DNA from: Azolla caroliniana
Taxonomy: Eukaryota > Plantae > Polypodiophyta
Assembly: GCA_043228905.1 (NCBI GenBank)
Contig: JBHGNT010000009.1
Coordinates: 20,088,001 to 20,152,000, forward strand
DNA length: 64,000 nt
Direction: 5' to 3'
Under the pieces are notes generated by a model that searched no databases, had not been told where the DNA came from, and worked only from the letters and a program-made list of their open reading frames with translations. The position numbers and the translations under genes were made by a program. Positions within the stretch are counted from its first letter, which is position 1; each line of letters opens with the position of its first letter. This document shows, piece by piece, positions 1 through 11,342 of this stretch.

Positions 1-698
1 AGTGCTTGTGTTCCCTCTATCAAACCACTTCTATTCACTCTAGATTGTTCTTCTTGCAAAAGAAGAGACACAACCTCATCAAATGCGTACATATCCGTAT
101 TCCCTTTTGCAACCAAACGAATAGTAGTAGCAAAGCTTTGAAAAGATTCGGGTAATCCTTTCAACAACGTAGAGACAAGTGATGTATTCGAAATGATCTC
201 ATCAATGTTTGCCAATTGCTCTTTCAAATCTTTAATGCGTGTCACATACACATCTACCGACTCATTTTCAGCCATATATAAATCCTCAAGTTGCTTTCTC
301 AAATATGCAACACGTGCTTCGTTACGCACGGCATACAACGAAGCAAGAGTGTCCCATGCTTGTTTGGACGTAGAGCATGACCGAATATGTGGAACTATAT
401 GACGCTTCACAGAAAGTGCAATCAATGCATGAGCTTGAGCATCTTTTCCATCCCATCTAAGTTGCTCTTGTGTTGGTGGAGTAGATGAAGTCACTGTGCT
501 CGAAGATGAACCTGTATCTGTGATAGTAGACTGTGAAGTAGTAGGACCGGCGGGGCGTCGATCTACATCTACCACTATGTTCCATAGTTGTTTGGCAACA
601 AGAACGTGTTTCATCATGTAGGACCACATTGGATAGTTTGTCCCATCAAGCTTATCTTCAGCTTGAAGCATGCCAAACAAATCACCATTGTTTGCCAT
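1..698 (-). mobile_element. Ty1/copia gag N-terminal coding region; element continues off the left edge
   Basis: Minus strand reads MANNGDLFGMLQAEDKLDGTNYPMWSYMMKHVL...AWDTLASLYA...SVDVYVTRIKDL...GLPESFQSF, a copia gag (UBN2) pattern directly downstream of a PBS. Confidence 0.85.
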
Positions 699-970
699 TT
701 TACCAAAGAACAAGAAAGTGGTAAAATATTACCTCAACAAATCGGAAATGAGTGCTGAAAATGCAGCTCACAAACTATCACTTGGATGACGATTTCGACT
801 ACACGAACGGCTTCGAAATGGGGGTAAAACAGCAGGGTACCTGCTGAAAATGCGCTCCAAGTGCTGAAATACACTTCTCTATATTCGGAAGTTGATTTGC
901 ACAATGAAAAGTGCGCGCGCGCCGCGACACTGCGATGCGGACAACCGAAGATGGAGAGGATGAAGAACTT

Positions 971-983
971 GGCTCTGATACCA
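971..983 (-). promoter_or_regulatory. tRNA-iMet primer-binding site (TGGTATCAGAGCC)
   Basis: + strand GGCTCTGATACCA at 971-983, 1 nt from the LTR boundary TGTTGG at 985. Confidence 0.9.
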
Positions 984-984
984 C

Positions 985-1358
985 TGTTGGGTATGTGAGG
1001 AAGAGTGGGAAACACACAAGAAGCTTAAAGAAAGAAGCACTCACACAAGGAAGGCAATGGCTGGAATAGCTCTCTATTGATGAATGTTCCTAAAAAAAAT
1101 AGGAGCTGAAATATATATCCCTAAGTACTAAGTACCACCACATATGAGTGACTCATGTATGTGGTAACATGGGGAAAAAACCTCTAGCCAGCACTAGAGT
1201 AAAAAGTGCCCATGTATAGGGAAAATGGTTCACATCAAAGCTACTAGAGGAACACGCAAGTGTAACAACCACATAACTGACAACTAGCCTCACCACCATG
1301 AGAACTCAACCACTCTCCTACAAGTACTGCCTTGTGGCTAAGAAGCCACAACCAAACA
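985..1358 (-). mobile_element. 5' LTR of the minus-strand copia element
   Basis: Starts TGTTGG next to the PBS. The right boundary (...CCAAACA, 1358) is a best estimate. Confidence 0.6.
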
Positions 1359-1379
1359 TTTATTTTTTCTGGCATATCC

Positions 1380-2581
1380 AATGCCCATAGTCTCCTTCAA
1401 AACGACTTTAGGAAGTCATCTGATATGACTTTATCCTTCCACATATTGTGAGTCTATACAACACCCACCAATTTGAAGCCAATGATCTGCCTTCCTAGCT
1501 TACTATTGTAATCAAAAAACTTTTTTAGTTCGGTTGTACCCGGTTTTTGCCACCATACCTCCAATGGATCCCACTCCAAATCACATAGGGGCTTGTTGTC
1601 AAAAGGCCATAGTTTACAATCATGATCAAGTTTCCTAGGTTTTGGGTTCAATTGCCACCCCTTACCCTCCAACATTGGCACCCGCACTACCAACCATCTG
1701 CCATCATCTGTCAACGCACTTAGGTTGCCCCACAAACGATCCTCGTTAGATGTGCACCTGCCATGGATAATCTATATGTCACCCTTACCTACAAACCAAC
1801 CCGACCCGACTCCCTCTTCCACATTCAACTTATCTTATCCATCAACTACCTTATCTATCAGCTAGGTCACCCGCACTAGCCTTCCATTAAACCTAATGTT
1901 ACCAGCCTGACCCTACCGCCTTTGCATGCTGAAAACCTCCTAATCTCTTACCAACCTAACATTATACTCTAACATACGCGCCCAGGGCAAGTATTTTTTT
2001 CTGCCCAAGCATCATATTGGCTTCGTTTCTAATCCTAGGATTCCAAAACAGGGGTTGTCGTAGCCGTTCATCCAACGATTTCGGTTGCAAAGACCAAACC
2101 TTCTCTTAGACTTGACCATGCCTTGATTGTGGAATGAACCACCCTATCCCATGCCAACCAGTTCTTTCAACTTTAAACCTGGACCAAATAACAACCACAT
2201 ATTTGCCTGCCAGGGGCCACCATTCCTCAGGCACCAAAGGCCAGCTCTATTCCTAAAGAGCACCTTCCACAATTCTAGTCTAGGCTGCAGATTTCACACT
2301 AGAAGCTTGTCGAGTAGAGCCTTACTTTGGTGAACCGGGTTCACCAGCTCGAGTCCTCCCTAGTTCTTCGCCTTGATTAAACAACTCCACGCCACTTTAG
2401 CTGACGATGTATCATTGTCTCTACCCGACGAAAGGAAACCTCTCACCATTGCCTTAATGTTTTTGATGTAAGCTTTGTCTAACATCCAATATGCTACCGA
2501 ATGCCACATGGTGGCCAACAAAATATGGTTCACCACGACCACCCTACTTGCAAGAGAAAGCTTTATTGATGCATAAGCCAA
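1380..2581 (-). pseudogene. Degenerate LINE (L1-like) ORF2 fragment C-terminal to the RT domain
   Basis: LSLASRVVVVNHIL...W...SAKVAWSCLIKAKN*GGL matches the L1 'KVAW..C.PK..GGLG' motif; multiple stops and frameshifts. Confidence 0.7.
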
Positions 2582-2789
2582 AGCTTTTTTCTAATTTTTT
2601 CTTTCACTTGCTCGAGTTGTTGATTTTTAGGTGTTTCAACTCCCACCAAAAAGCCCAAATACTTAACAGAAATAATTGTAGGCTCTTAATTCATCCTTAT
2701 TTATATCTTTGCTTACAAATAACAAGTTTTCTTGTCATTATCCATCCAAGTTTATCATTTTCTTTTGAGTTTAATATCTTAAATTACAA

Positions 2790-3071
2790 CAGTCCCAATA
2801 TTGGGACAAACCACTAAGAATTGGAACAAGTTGGGATTGACTCAGGACAACTCCCCAAAACCACCAAAAGAGGGAGAGAGAAACTTAGACACGCTCCTTA
2901 CAGCCAAGAGAGAATGAGAGAGTGTGAGTGAATGGATCTCAGAGAATGGTACAAATGAGGAGAAGCTCCTCCTTATATATGCTAAATATGGTCATTGGGA
3001 CTAACTAGGTGTTTGGAGGTCCCCTTGGGACTCTCAGTTGGGATTGGGTTGTCCCAATCCAAGGTGGTGCT
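2790..3071. mobile_element. Left part of an LTR-like repeat (GGGACAA/TTGGGA-rich), apparently continued at 34451-34526
   Basis: The same GGGAC/TTGGGA/GTCCC vocabulary flanks both sides of the 3072-34450 insertion; the right piece ends ...GGGACAATAACA. Confidence 0.4.
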
Positions 3072-3447
3072 TCTTGGAGGCAATTGTCAGATGTGGAACA
3101 ATTCAACACTCTTCTTGTAGAAGATTTTCAGCAAGTATAAGATAAACTGATCAATAGCAACATACAACTAAATCAGAAGACAAGATTATTTGAAATCAAA
3201 AGAGAGAGAGTGAGCAAGCAAGCAAGCTAAGCACAAAACAGTGTAAATGTATTATTCAAGCTCAAAGTTACAGAACGAATGGCGGCAATAACCAAGATGA
3301 ACAACAACCTTCCAAACTAGGTTACAAGGCCCATTATATACAAACTGGGCTAGGGAAACTGCCCTTTGATATATTTATAGAATTGTCCTAAATCTAGTTT
3401 GTCCAAGGGACAATGTGAATACGGCCATTATATACCCATATTCGACA
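3072..3447 (-). mobile_element. 3' LTR of a large outer LTR retroelement (pairs with 34079-34450)
   Basis: Full-length similarity to 34079-34450 (both end ...TATACCCATATTCGACA); PPT-like CCCCTGT immediately to its right. Confidence 0.8.
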
Positions 3448-3523
3448 CCCCTGTAATGGGCACATACCCAAAAAATCTGTAAAAAGAATAAATAGGAATT
3501 ATAGATTATACATGAAAGAAAAT

Positions 3524-4028
3524 TGTTGTCGGCCACAACCGGTTGCTCGTATGCGGAATAATAGTCAATCTAATGGAAAGGAAAAACAAAATACAGAAAC
3601 TGAGAATGACACTGATTTTAACGTGGAAACCCGAACTGGGAAAAAACCACGTGGAGTCCACAAACTCCGAAACAAAACACTATGAGAGAAAGGAATACAA
3701 TCAGAGATCTCAGAGGCAATGACCTCGAGATCCTGCTTCGCCAATAGGTGAGTATGGAGCTCACACACTTCCACTCACACTCGTTCACTCTCACAGTTAC
3801 GGAGCCAACAACCTCGTCGATAGTAACTTTACAATAACGCACACACTTAACATGATTGCCCTAAGTGCTTATATACTAATGTAACCTTTCGACTATTTAC
3901 AAGTTTAGCCTTCCGGGTTGGCTATCTCCACGATTTCCGGTTTCGGCCTCGGCCTATCGACCTCGGCCGAGTTGCTCATCAACACGGTTCTTCTCAACTT
4001 CCCATCCGGAGGGACCTGTTTTCCAACA
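3524..4028 (-). mobile_element. 3' LTR (TGTTG...CCAACA) of a copia element
   Basis: TG...CA inverted ends; related to the solo LTR at 27635-28278 (shared CATCCGGAGGGACCTGT end); adjacent to RNase H coding sequence. Confidence 0.8.
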
Positions 4029-4174
4029 ATACAAACTTATTGAACATATCAGCTTTGTTCAAGTCGGAAAAATCCGAGAATAGAAGGTTGAGTCGGTCGG
4101 GGTCGGAAGAACTAAAGCCGAGCTTTGATATGTTGATGTCAATTGTTCGAGAACATCCTGAATATCCGACTCAA

Positions 4175-5303
4175 TCAGACTGATTCTTCTCTACACCCAT
4201 CTAGTGCCAAAGGGATCAGAATTGACATTATCGGTTGTAGATATCTTCTCGAGGCCGATTTTCCCTGAAATGACACAATCTCGAACAAAGTCATATCGAA
4301 CGCCGATATCCTTGGAGGTGTTGTGATGAACCAAATTTTTGGATAGAGCAACAACACCCTGACTGTTGTTGTAGACAACTGGAACCGAGTTGGAGTCGAC
4401 TTGTCGAAACGTGTGCGCTAGCCGACCAAGCCATAAAGCCTCTTTCGCCACATCGAACATAGCCACATATTTAGCCTCGGTTGTTGATGTGGTATTGCAC
4501 TCCTGAAGTTTCAATTTCCACGAGTTTGCTCCATTACCGAATTTGAAGCAATATCTGGTTGTTGACTTTCGACTGTCCACACATCTGGCAAAGTCCGACT
4601 CGGTATAACAGACTACGCCTGATGTATCATTCGGACCGAATAAGATGACATAGTCTTTTATGCCCACAAGGTATCTGAACACATACTTAACTGCGTTCCA
4701 GTGCGATCGGCTGGGATTGTGCATAAATCTGCTGACAACTCTGACGGCATGAGAAATGCCAGGCCGTGTGGCGACCATCGCGTACATCAAGGAGCTGATT
4801 GCTGGTGCATACGGTACTAACTTCATAACTCCCCCCCTGGACCGGATGTCGGGCAGTCTCGTTGAGACAGCTTAAGATTAATGGGGAGTGGGGTCGACAC
4901 AGATTTGGCTGAGTGCATGTTGAAGCATTCTAGGACACGACCAATATAGTTGGATTGAGATAGAAACAATTGTCGTCAATTCCGATTCCGACTTATCTTC
5001 ATCCCAAGAATGTGTCTTGCCAGACCGAGATCCTTCATGGCAAACTTCAACTGCATTTGCCGAACAAGTTCGACATGTTGACTTGAGAGTAGCATGTCAT
5101 CCACGTAGATTATGAGGAAGATGGATGACCCATCTTGAGCTGTTTTGGTGAAGAGGCAATGATCTTCATCGCTCTTTGAGAAGCCGACCAATTGGATGAA
5201 GTTGTCGAACTCTTATACCACTGCCACAATGCCTATTTCAGATCGTAAAAACTCTTCATGAGTCGGCAGACTAGATGTTCTTGACCGGATACCACAAAGC
5301 CTT
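4175..5303 (-). pseudogene. Copia RT and RNase H remnant, 5'-truncated
   Basis: IYVDDMLL, FAMKDLG, SLMYAMVATRP, YTESDFA..DSRKSTT, STTEAKY motifs with frameshifts. Confidence 0.9.
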
Positions 5304-5721
5304 TCAATGTGGGATATGGTGTTCGAATATGTGTGGAAGTATGTATGAGAACCTTGCATGAAGGCGCTCTGGCTCTTCTTTGTGCACAACGGATCGTGAT
5401 GTGCTGGATCGTTTAGTGTGCTCAAGAGAGAAAAGGACGGGGGAAGGAGACTTACCTCTGTAGCAATACAAAAGCTTCTATTTCATTACACGCAGAGGAA
5501 CCTCTCTCGTCTGTTTTCTGTTTTTCTACTTCTCTCATCACTCAATACTCTCTTACTTTTTTATAGTTATAAGTGACTTACATATGCAGCTAATTAGCTA
5601 GGACTAGCTAAATAGTTGTTTTACTTATATGTCCACTAGTAGCTAATTTCCTAATAGCTACTTTAGAAGATCTCATTTTCCAATGAGCACCACATGCTTT
5701 TGTTGAGCTTGTTTCTTGACA
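5304..5721 (-). mobile_element. 3' LTR of the second copia element (left boundary approximate)
   Basis: Ends ...TTGACA followed by CTCCCCCTCAAGCT, the reverse complement of the PPT AGCTTGAGGGGGAG. Confidence 0.65.
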
Positions 5722-8700
5722 CTCCCCCTCAAGCTCAACTTATCCTTTCTTGAGGTTATCTTCAATCTTCTTTTCTTCATGCTTTTCAACTATCATACCA
5801 ATGCTTATAATTCCCATCATGTCCCAAAACTGTGTATGTTTTTCTATGCTCAGTCCCTTCGTAAGAATATCAACCACTTGCTGATTTATGCTTACATATA
5901 GTAGATCCACTTCTCAATCAATCACTTTTTCTCTAACAAAGTGATAATGCACTTCAATGTGCTTTGTTCTTGCATGGAACACTGGGTTTTTTGCAAGCTG
6001 AATGCTGCTCATATTGTCACACCAAATTGTGACTGAACCATCTATATACTCACCCAAATCAGCAAGCCATCTTCTAATCCATACTTCTTCACAAGTAGCT
6101 ATTGCTGCTCATCTATATTCAGCTTCAGTACTTGATAATGCAATAGTATCTTGTTTCGTGCTACTCCATGAAATAGTTGCACTTCCCAATGTAAACATAT
6201 ATCCACTTGTGGATCTTCTATCAGTTTGGCTTCCATCCCAATCAGCATATGTAAAACAATCCATAGTTCTGAGTAGCTTTTACATATCCCAAGATTCTTC
6301 TAATGCAGTCCAAATGTGGCTTTGTTGGTTGTTGCATAAACTGGTTGACTAATCCAACAACATAACTCAAATCAGGTCTTGTTATAGTCAAATATATGAG
6401 GTTGTCCACCATAGACCTGTCCATGTTTACATCTTCTATTTTGGCTCCCAAATCAACCCTCAATTTGCAGTTCATATCCAGTGGTACATCAATAGGTTTG
6501 CATCCAAGCATACCATACTTCTTCAACATAGTTGTTGCATACTGTTTTTGCAACATATATATACCACTTTCAGATCTAATCATCTCAATACCAAAAAAGT
6601 ATCTCAACTCTCCCAAATCCTTCATATAAAATTGCATTTCCAGATTTTTCTTCAGCTTATTTATTTCATCCATAAAATCACCTCCGATGATTGAATCATC
6701 CACATAAGTCAAAATAACAACAATGCAATCATTCATCTTCTTTATATACAATGATGGATCAACTTTTGATATTTTGAAGGCAAATTTTTTCAAAGATTCT
6801 GAAAGTTCTTTGTGTCATGCTCTCGGTGCTTGTTTTTGTCCATAAAGAGCCTTTTAAGCTTATAAACATATTTTGGATGCTTCTTATCGTCAAATCTTGG
6901 TGGTTGACACATGTATACTTCCTCTTCCAAGTTACCATGTAAAAAGGCATTTTTTACATCCATATGGTGCAGAACCCATCTTTTGGCTGCACTTACAGCA
7001 AGTAGTGTCCTCAAGTTTCATCATAATCAATTCCTTGCATTTGGGCATATCCCTTTGCAACAAGTCTTGCTTTATGTCTACTTACATTTCCATTTGAATC
7101 ATGCTTTGTTTTGTAGACCCATTTGTAACCTACAACATTTTTTCCTTTCGGTAACTTTACTAAATCCCATGTTTTGATTTTAGCCAATGCATCTATTTCT
7201 TCTTGCATTGCATTCACCTATTTCTTATCAGATTTTGCTTCATCAAAACTATTAGGATCAGGGATTTGTACCACTTTAGACATATATGCATAATGCATAG
7301 CCATGTATGTATCATAACCAAATCTTTCAACAATCTTTTTCTCTCTATTTGATCTTCTCAATTTCTGATTTGCATCTTCCATTGCCTTTTCAATACCATG
7401 GATTTTCAAGGCTTGTATACCCAGCTCATCATCCAATGATGTATTCGAATCTACATCTTCCATGTTTCTAGATCCTTCAAACATTTCATATTTTGGCATC
7501 TTCTGTTTTCCCTTTTTATCATCATATTTTTTTTGTCTTGCATTCTTTCCACTCCAAGCATTTGATGCAGATTTACTACCAGATTTTTCAGATGGTCCAG
7601 TACATTCTATTGATGTTGAACATTGTTGTCCAACATTGCTTCCATTTCCATGGTTATCACTTCCATTTTCAGATTTGTTCCTATCTTCATTTTCATTGTC
7701 TTCATCAGTTTCTACATTTTCTTTTGAGTTGTACCAGCTACCAAACTCATCAAATATTACATCACGGCTCACTACAATCTTTTTTGTCAACAAGTTATAA
7801 CATCTATACCCTTTTTGCTCATTTGAATATCCAACAAGAACACATTTTTCAACTTTTGGATCAAGCTTCTTACTTCAACAAGTACATGGATATAGACAAG
7901 GCATCCAAACACTTTTAAGTGTCCTAAACTAGGTTTCCTTCCATACAATCATTCTTCAGGATTTACCTCATATACTCCAGATGTTATACATCTATTTAGA
8001 ATAAAGTTTGATGTGTTTACAACTTTTGCCCAGTAATACAATGACATATTTTTTTCCAGTCATCAAGGCTCTTGCTATGTTCACCAAAGTTCTGTTTTTT
8101 TCTCTCAGCCACTCCATTTTGCTGTGGAGTATATCTACATGTGAACTGTCTCCTTATTCCTTGATTGCATAGAAAATGAATTTGAGAAGTATTCTCCTGG
8201 TCCATCAGATCTTAAACATTTTATTCTAGTTCCAACCTCCTTTTCTACCATGCTTTTTAAACTTACGAAAGCAATCAAATACTTCACTTTTCTCTTTCAT
8301 GAAGTAAACCCATGTTTTCTTTGAGCAATCATCAATAAATGTTACATAAAACCTACAAACACCAATTGATACATTTTTTGTTGATCCCCATACATCTGTA
8401 TGTACCAAATCCAACAAATGTTTGCTTACATGTCTTTCATGAGGGAAAGGTAACCTATTTTGCTTTCCATATTGGCATGCTTCACATATTTTGCTCATCT
8501 CACAATCTTTCAACGTAGGCAGTCCAACCACTACATTTTTCCTCAACATATTTTTCAAGGTTTGCATACTAATGTGATCGATTCTTTTATGCCACATCTC
8601 CACATCTGAGATTACATTCATTCCTTCTGCAAACATGGTTGTAATCATAGTATGAACCATACGTACCATACGTGCATTCACATTCGTGAATGTTTCAATC

Positions 8701-9943
8701 ATTCACGTAAGAAAAACACCCTCAAAGAATGATAAATACCATACTTTTGGATTAACTATTTATTATGAGGTAAATAAGGCTAAAAAAAACAAAACATTAA
8801 AAAAATGGGGGAAAAAAAACACAAGAATGTTTGAATAACATTCGCATTCGTTTTCCAACGTAGGAAAACGAATGTTATGCTAGACGAACACGAATTTTAC
8901 GTACTATGGTTGTAATCCTTTTAGGCATATCCACATCTAAGACAAACATTCTTCCTTGTCGTTTTCCTTTTGCAATAAGCTTTCCATGTTTCTCTATAAA
9001 GCATCCACTTTGCTTAAACTTAACTTGCATTCCTTGCTCTACTATCTTTCCAACAGAAATCAAATTTTTTGCAAGGAAATCAAATTTTTTGCAAGGTTTG
9101 GCACATGCATAACATGCAACATATACTTTGTTTTTCCTTTTTCTTCCCACAATGGGATATCTCCAACATGCTCGATTGTATGAGTGGTACTATCACCTAT
9201 TTATACATAACCAGGAATCTCTAGTTCTCTTAGACTTTCAAACCAATTTCCATGTCCAGTCATAGATTAGATGCCCTAGAATCTACATACCACATATACT
9301 CTTCATTGCATCTTTGTGAACATTCAGCCATTGCTGATATCTCATGTTGTATCATAAATGCACCTTCTTTATCACAGTTTTCACTAGTTGAAGCATAGTT
9401 ATTTTGTTGTCTCTTCCCTCTTTTTTCATCATTTTGCTTTTTATAGCATTCAGCCTATGTATGGCCTGGTTTTCCACAATACCAACAACCATCATCATTC
9501 AAAAAGGTTTGCTTACCTCTACCTCGATTGCTCCCCCTGCCTCTGATGTTGTTTCTTCCACTTGTAGCTTGTTGTCCTCTTCCTTGTTAATTATTGTTGG
9601 TTCTAGCTGAACCAAATCTTCCATGGTCTCTTCCTCGGCCTCTTCCAGCACTATTGTAGAGGGCTTGCCCCTCAGTCTCAAAGATTCCTTTGTTTACATC
9701 ATCCATCTGATTTCTTTCTTCCACTACAAGCATTGAAACTAGATCTGGAAAACTTGGGATGCTATCCTTTGTGAGAATAGATGTTTTGAAGCTTTTATAT
9801 TGAGGTCCTAAGCCTCTTAAGCATATTTCCACCTTATCATCATCTTCTACCTTCACATTAATAGAAGCAAGTGACTCATATATGCTCTTTATTTTCAGAG
9901 CATACTCATTAACTGACATCTTACCTTTTTCCAAGGTATTTAG
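5722..9943 (-). pseudogene. Copia gag-pol remnant (gag C-part, protease, integrase, RT, RNase H); gag split at 9943 by a 14.7-kb DNA transposon
   Basis: WYVDSRASNL, WHKRIDH..CEAC, LVHTDVWG, TPQQNGVAER, KARLVAKGYAQ, MDVKNAFL, TYVDD, TKHIEVHYHF motifs with many stops. Confidence 0.93.
8646..8908. mobile_element. 263-bp hAT-type MITE inserted in copia pol
   Basis: TIR CATAGTA.../...TACTATG; 8-bp TSD GTTGTAAT at 8638-8645 and 8909-8916. Removal restores ...DMPKRITTMFAEG... Confidence 0.88.
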
Positions 9944-10239
9944 GGGTGAAAGCATGTGAGTGGAAACAATTAGCTATGTCCTTGACATAGCTAATTAGCT
10001 ATGCAAAAAGCTACCATTGATAAATAGTGAGTTTTGCAAAAAGCTACCATTAATAAATTAGCTATGCAAAAAGCTACCATTGAAAATAGTAGAGATTTTA
10101 ATTATATAAATGCGCACCATAAACGTGCAACGTGCACCATAAATTATATACCGAATTCCTAGGTCCATTATGCCTGATCCTTTGCCACATCACTTGGGCC
10201 ATCTTTGGTTGAGTATTCTGGCTTAGATTACTACCATTG

Positions 10240-11195
10240 TTGCTAAACCCTATTGAGTCCACTCCTCCATAGCCGCCATTCTATACTCAATTACCGACAT
10301 TGAGTGGTCCAAGTATCATCTGCCATTGTTCGATCCGACGGAGTTCACTCCTTCATTGCCGCCATTCTACACTCAGTTGTCGCCACTGTTTAGTCCAAGC
10401 ATCATCTGCCAAGTTCACTCCTCCATTGCTACCATTGTACACTCAGTTGCCGCTACTGTGAAGGTCGTATATTGTTGCCACTTTTCGATCCGACGGAGTT
10501 AACTCCTTCTCCACTATCGCCATTCTACTCTCAGTTGCCAACACTGTGCGTTCCAAGCATCATCTACCACTGTTCGATCTGATGGAGTTCACTTCTCCAT
10601 TGCCATCATTCTACACTCAGTTGTGGCTACTATTCGGTGACCGGTCCTAGATTGCTGCCACTTTTGGATTTGACGGAGTTCAATCATCCATTGCCATCAT
10701 TCTACACTTAGTTGCCGCTACTGTTCGGTCGTGTATTGCTGCCACTTTTCGATCTGAGGGAGTTCACTCCTTCTCCAATGCTACCATTGTACTCTCAGTT
10801 GTTGTCACTGTGCATTCCAAGCATCATTTGCCACTGTTCGATTTGACGGAGTTCACTCATCCATTGCCATCATTCTACACTTGGTTGCCGCTACTGTTTG
10901 GTGGTGTATTGCTGCCACTTTTCGATCCGAAGGAGTTCATTCCTTCTCCACTGCTACCATTGTACTCTTAGTTGTCATCACTGTGCGTTCCAAGCACCAT
11001 CTACCACTGTTTGATCCGACGGAATTCACTCCTCCATTGCCATCCTTCTACACTCAGTTGCCGCCATTGTTCGGTCTTGGATTGTCAAAATTGTTTGATC
11101 AAACGGAGTTCACTCCTCCACTATCGCCATTCTACACTCAGTTGTCGCCACTATTCGGCCCTAGATTACCGCCATTGTTCGGTCTTGGATTTGAA
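10240..11195. repeat. Subterminal minisatellite, ~87-bp units, ~11 degenerate copies with alternating subtypes
   Basis: Recurring TTCGATCCGACGGAGTTCACTCC...CATTCTACACTCAGTTG upstream of the transposase. Confidence 0.85.
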
Positions 11196-11342
11196 TAACT
11201 ATTCTGTCTATTGATTATCTTGTGTATTGTTCTGTATAAACTTGTGTATTGTGGAATATTTTTGTGTATAGTTGTTGCCCATAGCCATCTTTAATACATG
11301 TCTTTTTTTAGGGAAAATTAGGGTTTAAACCCGTCAAGCCAA

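Noticed and set aside
10881-11214. ORFs in the minisatellite
   Set aside because: Translation of tandem repeats.
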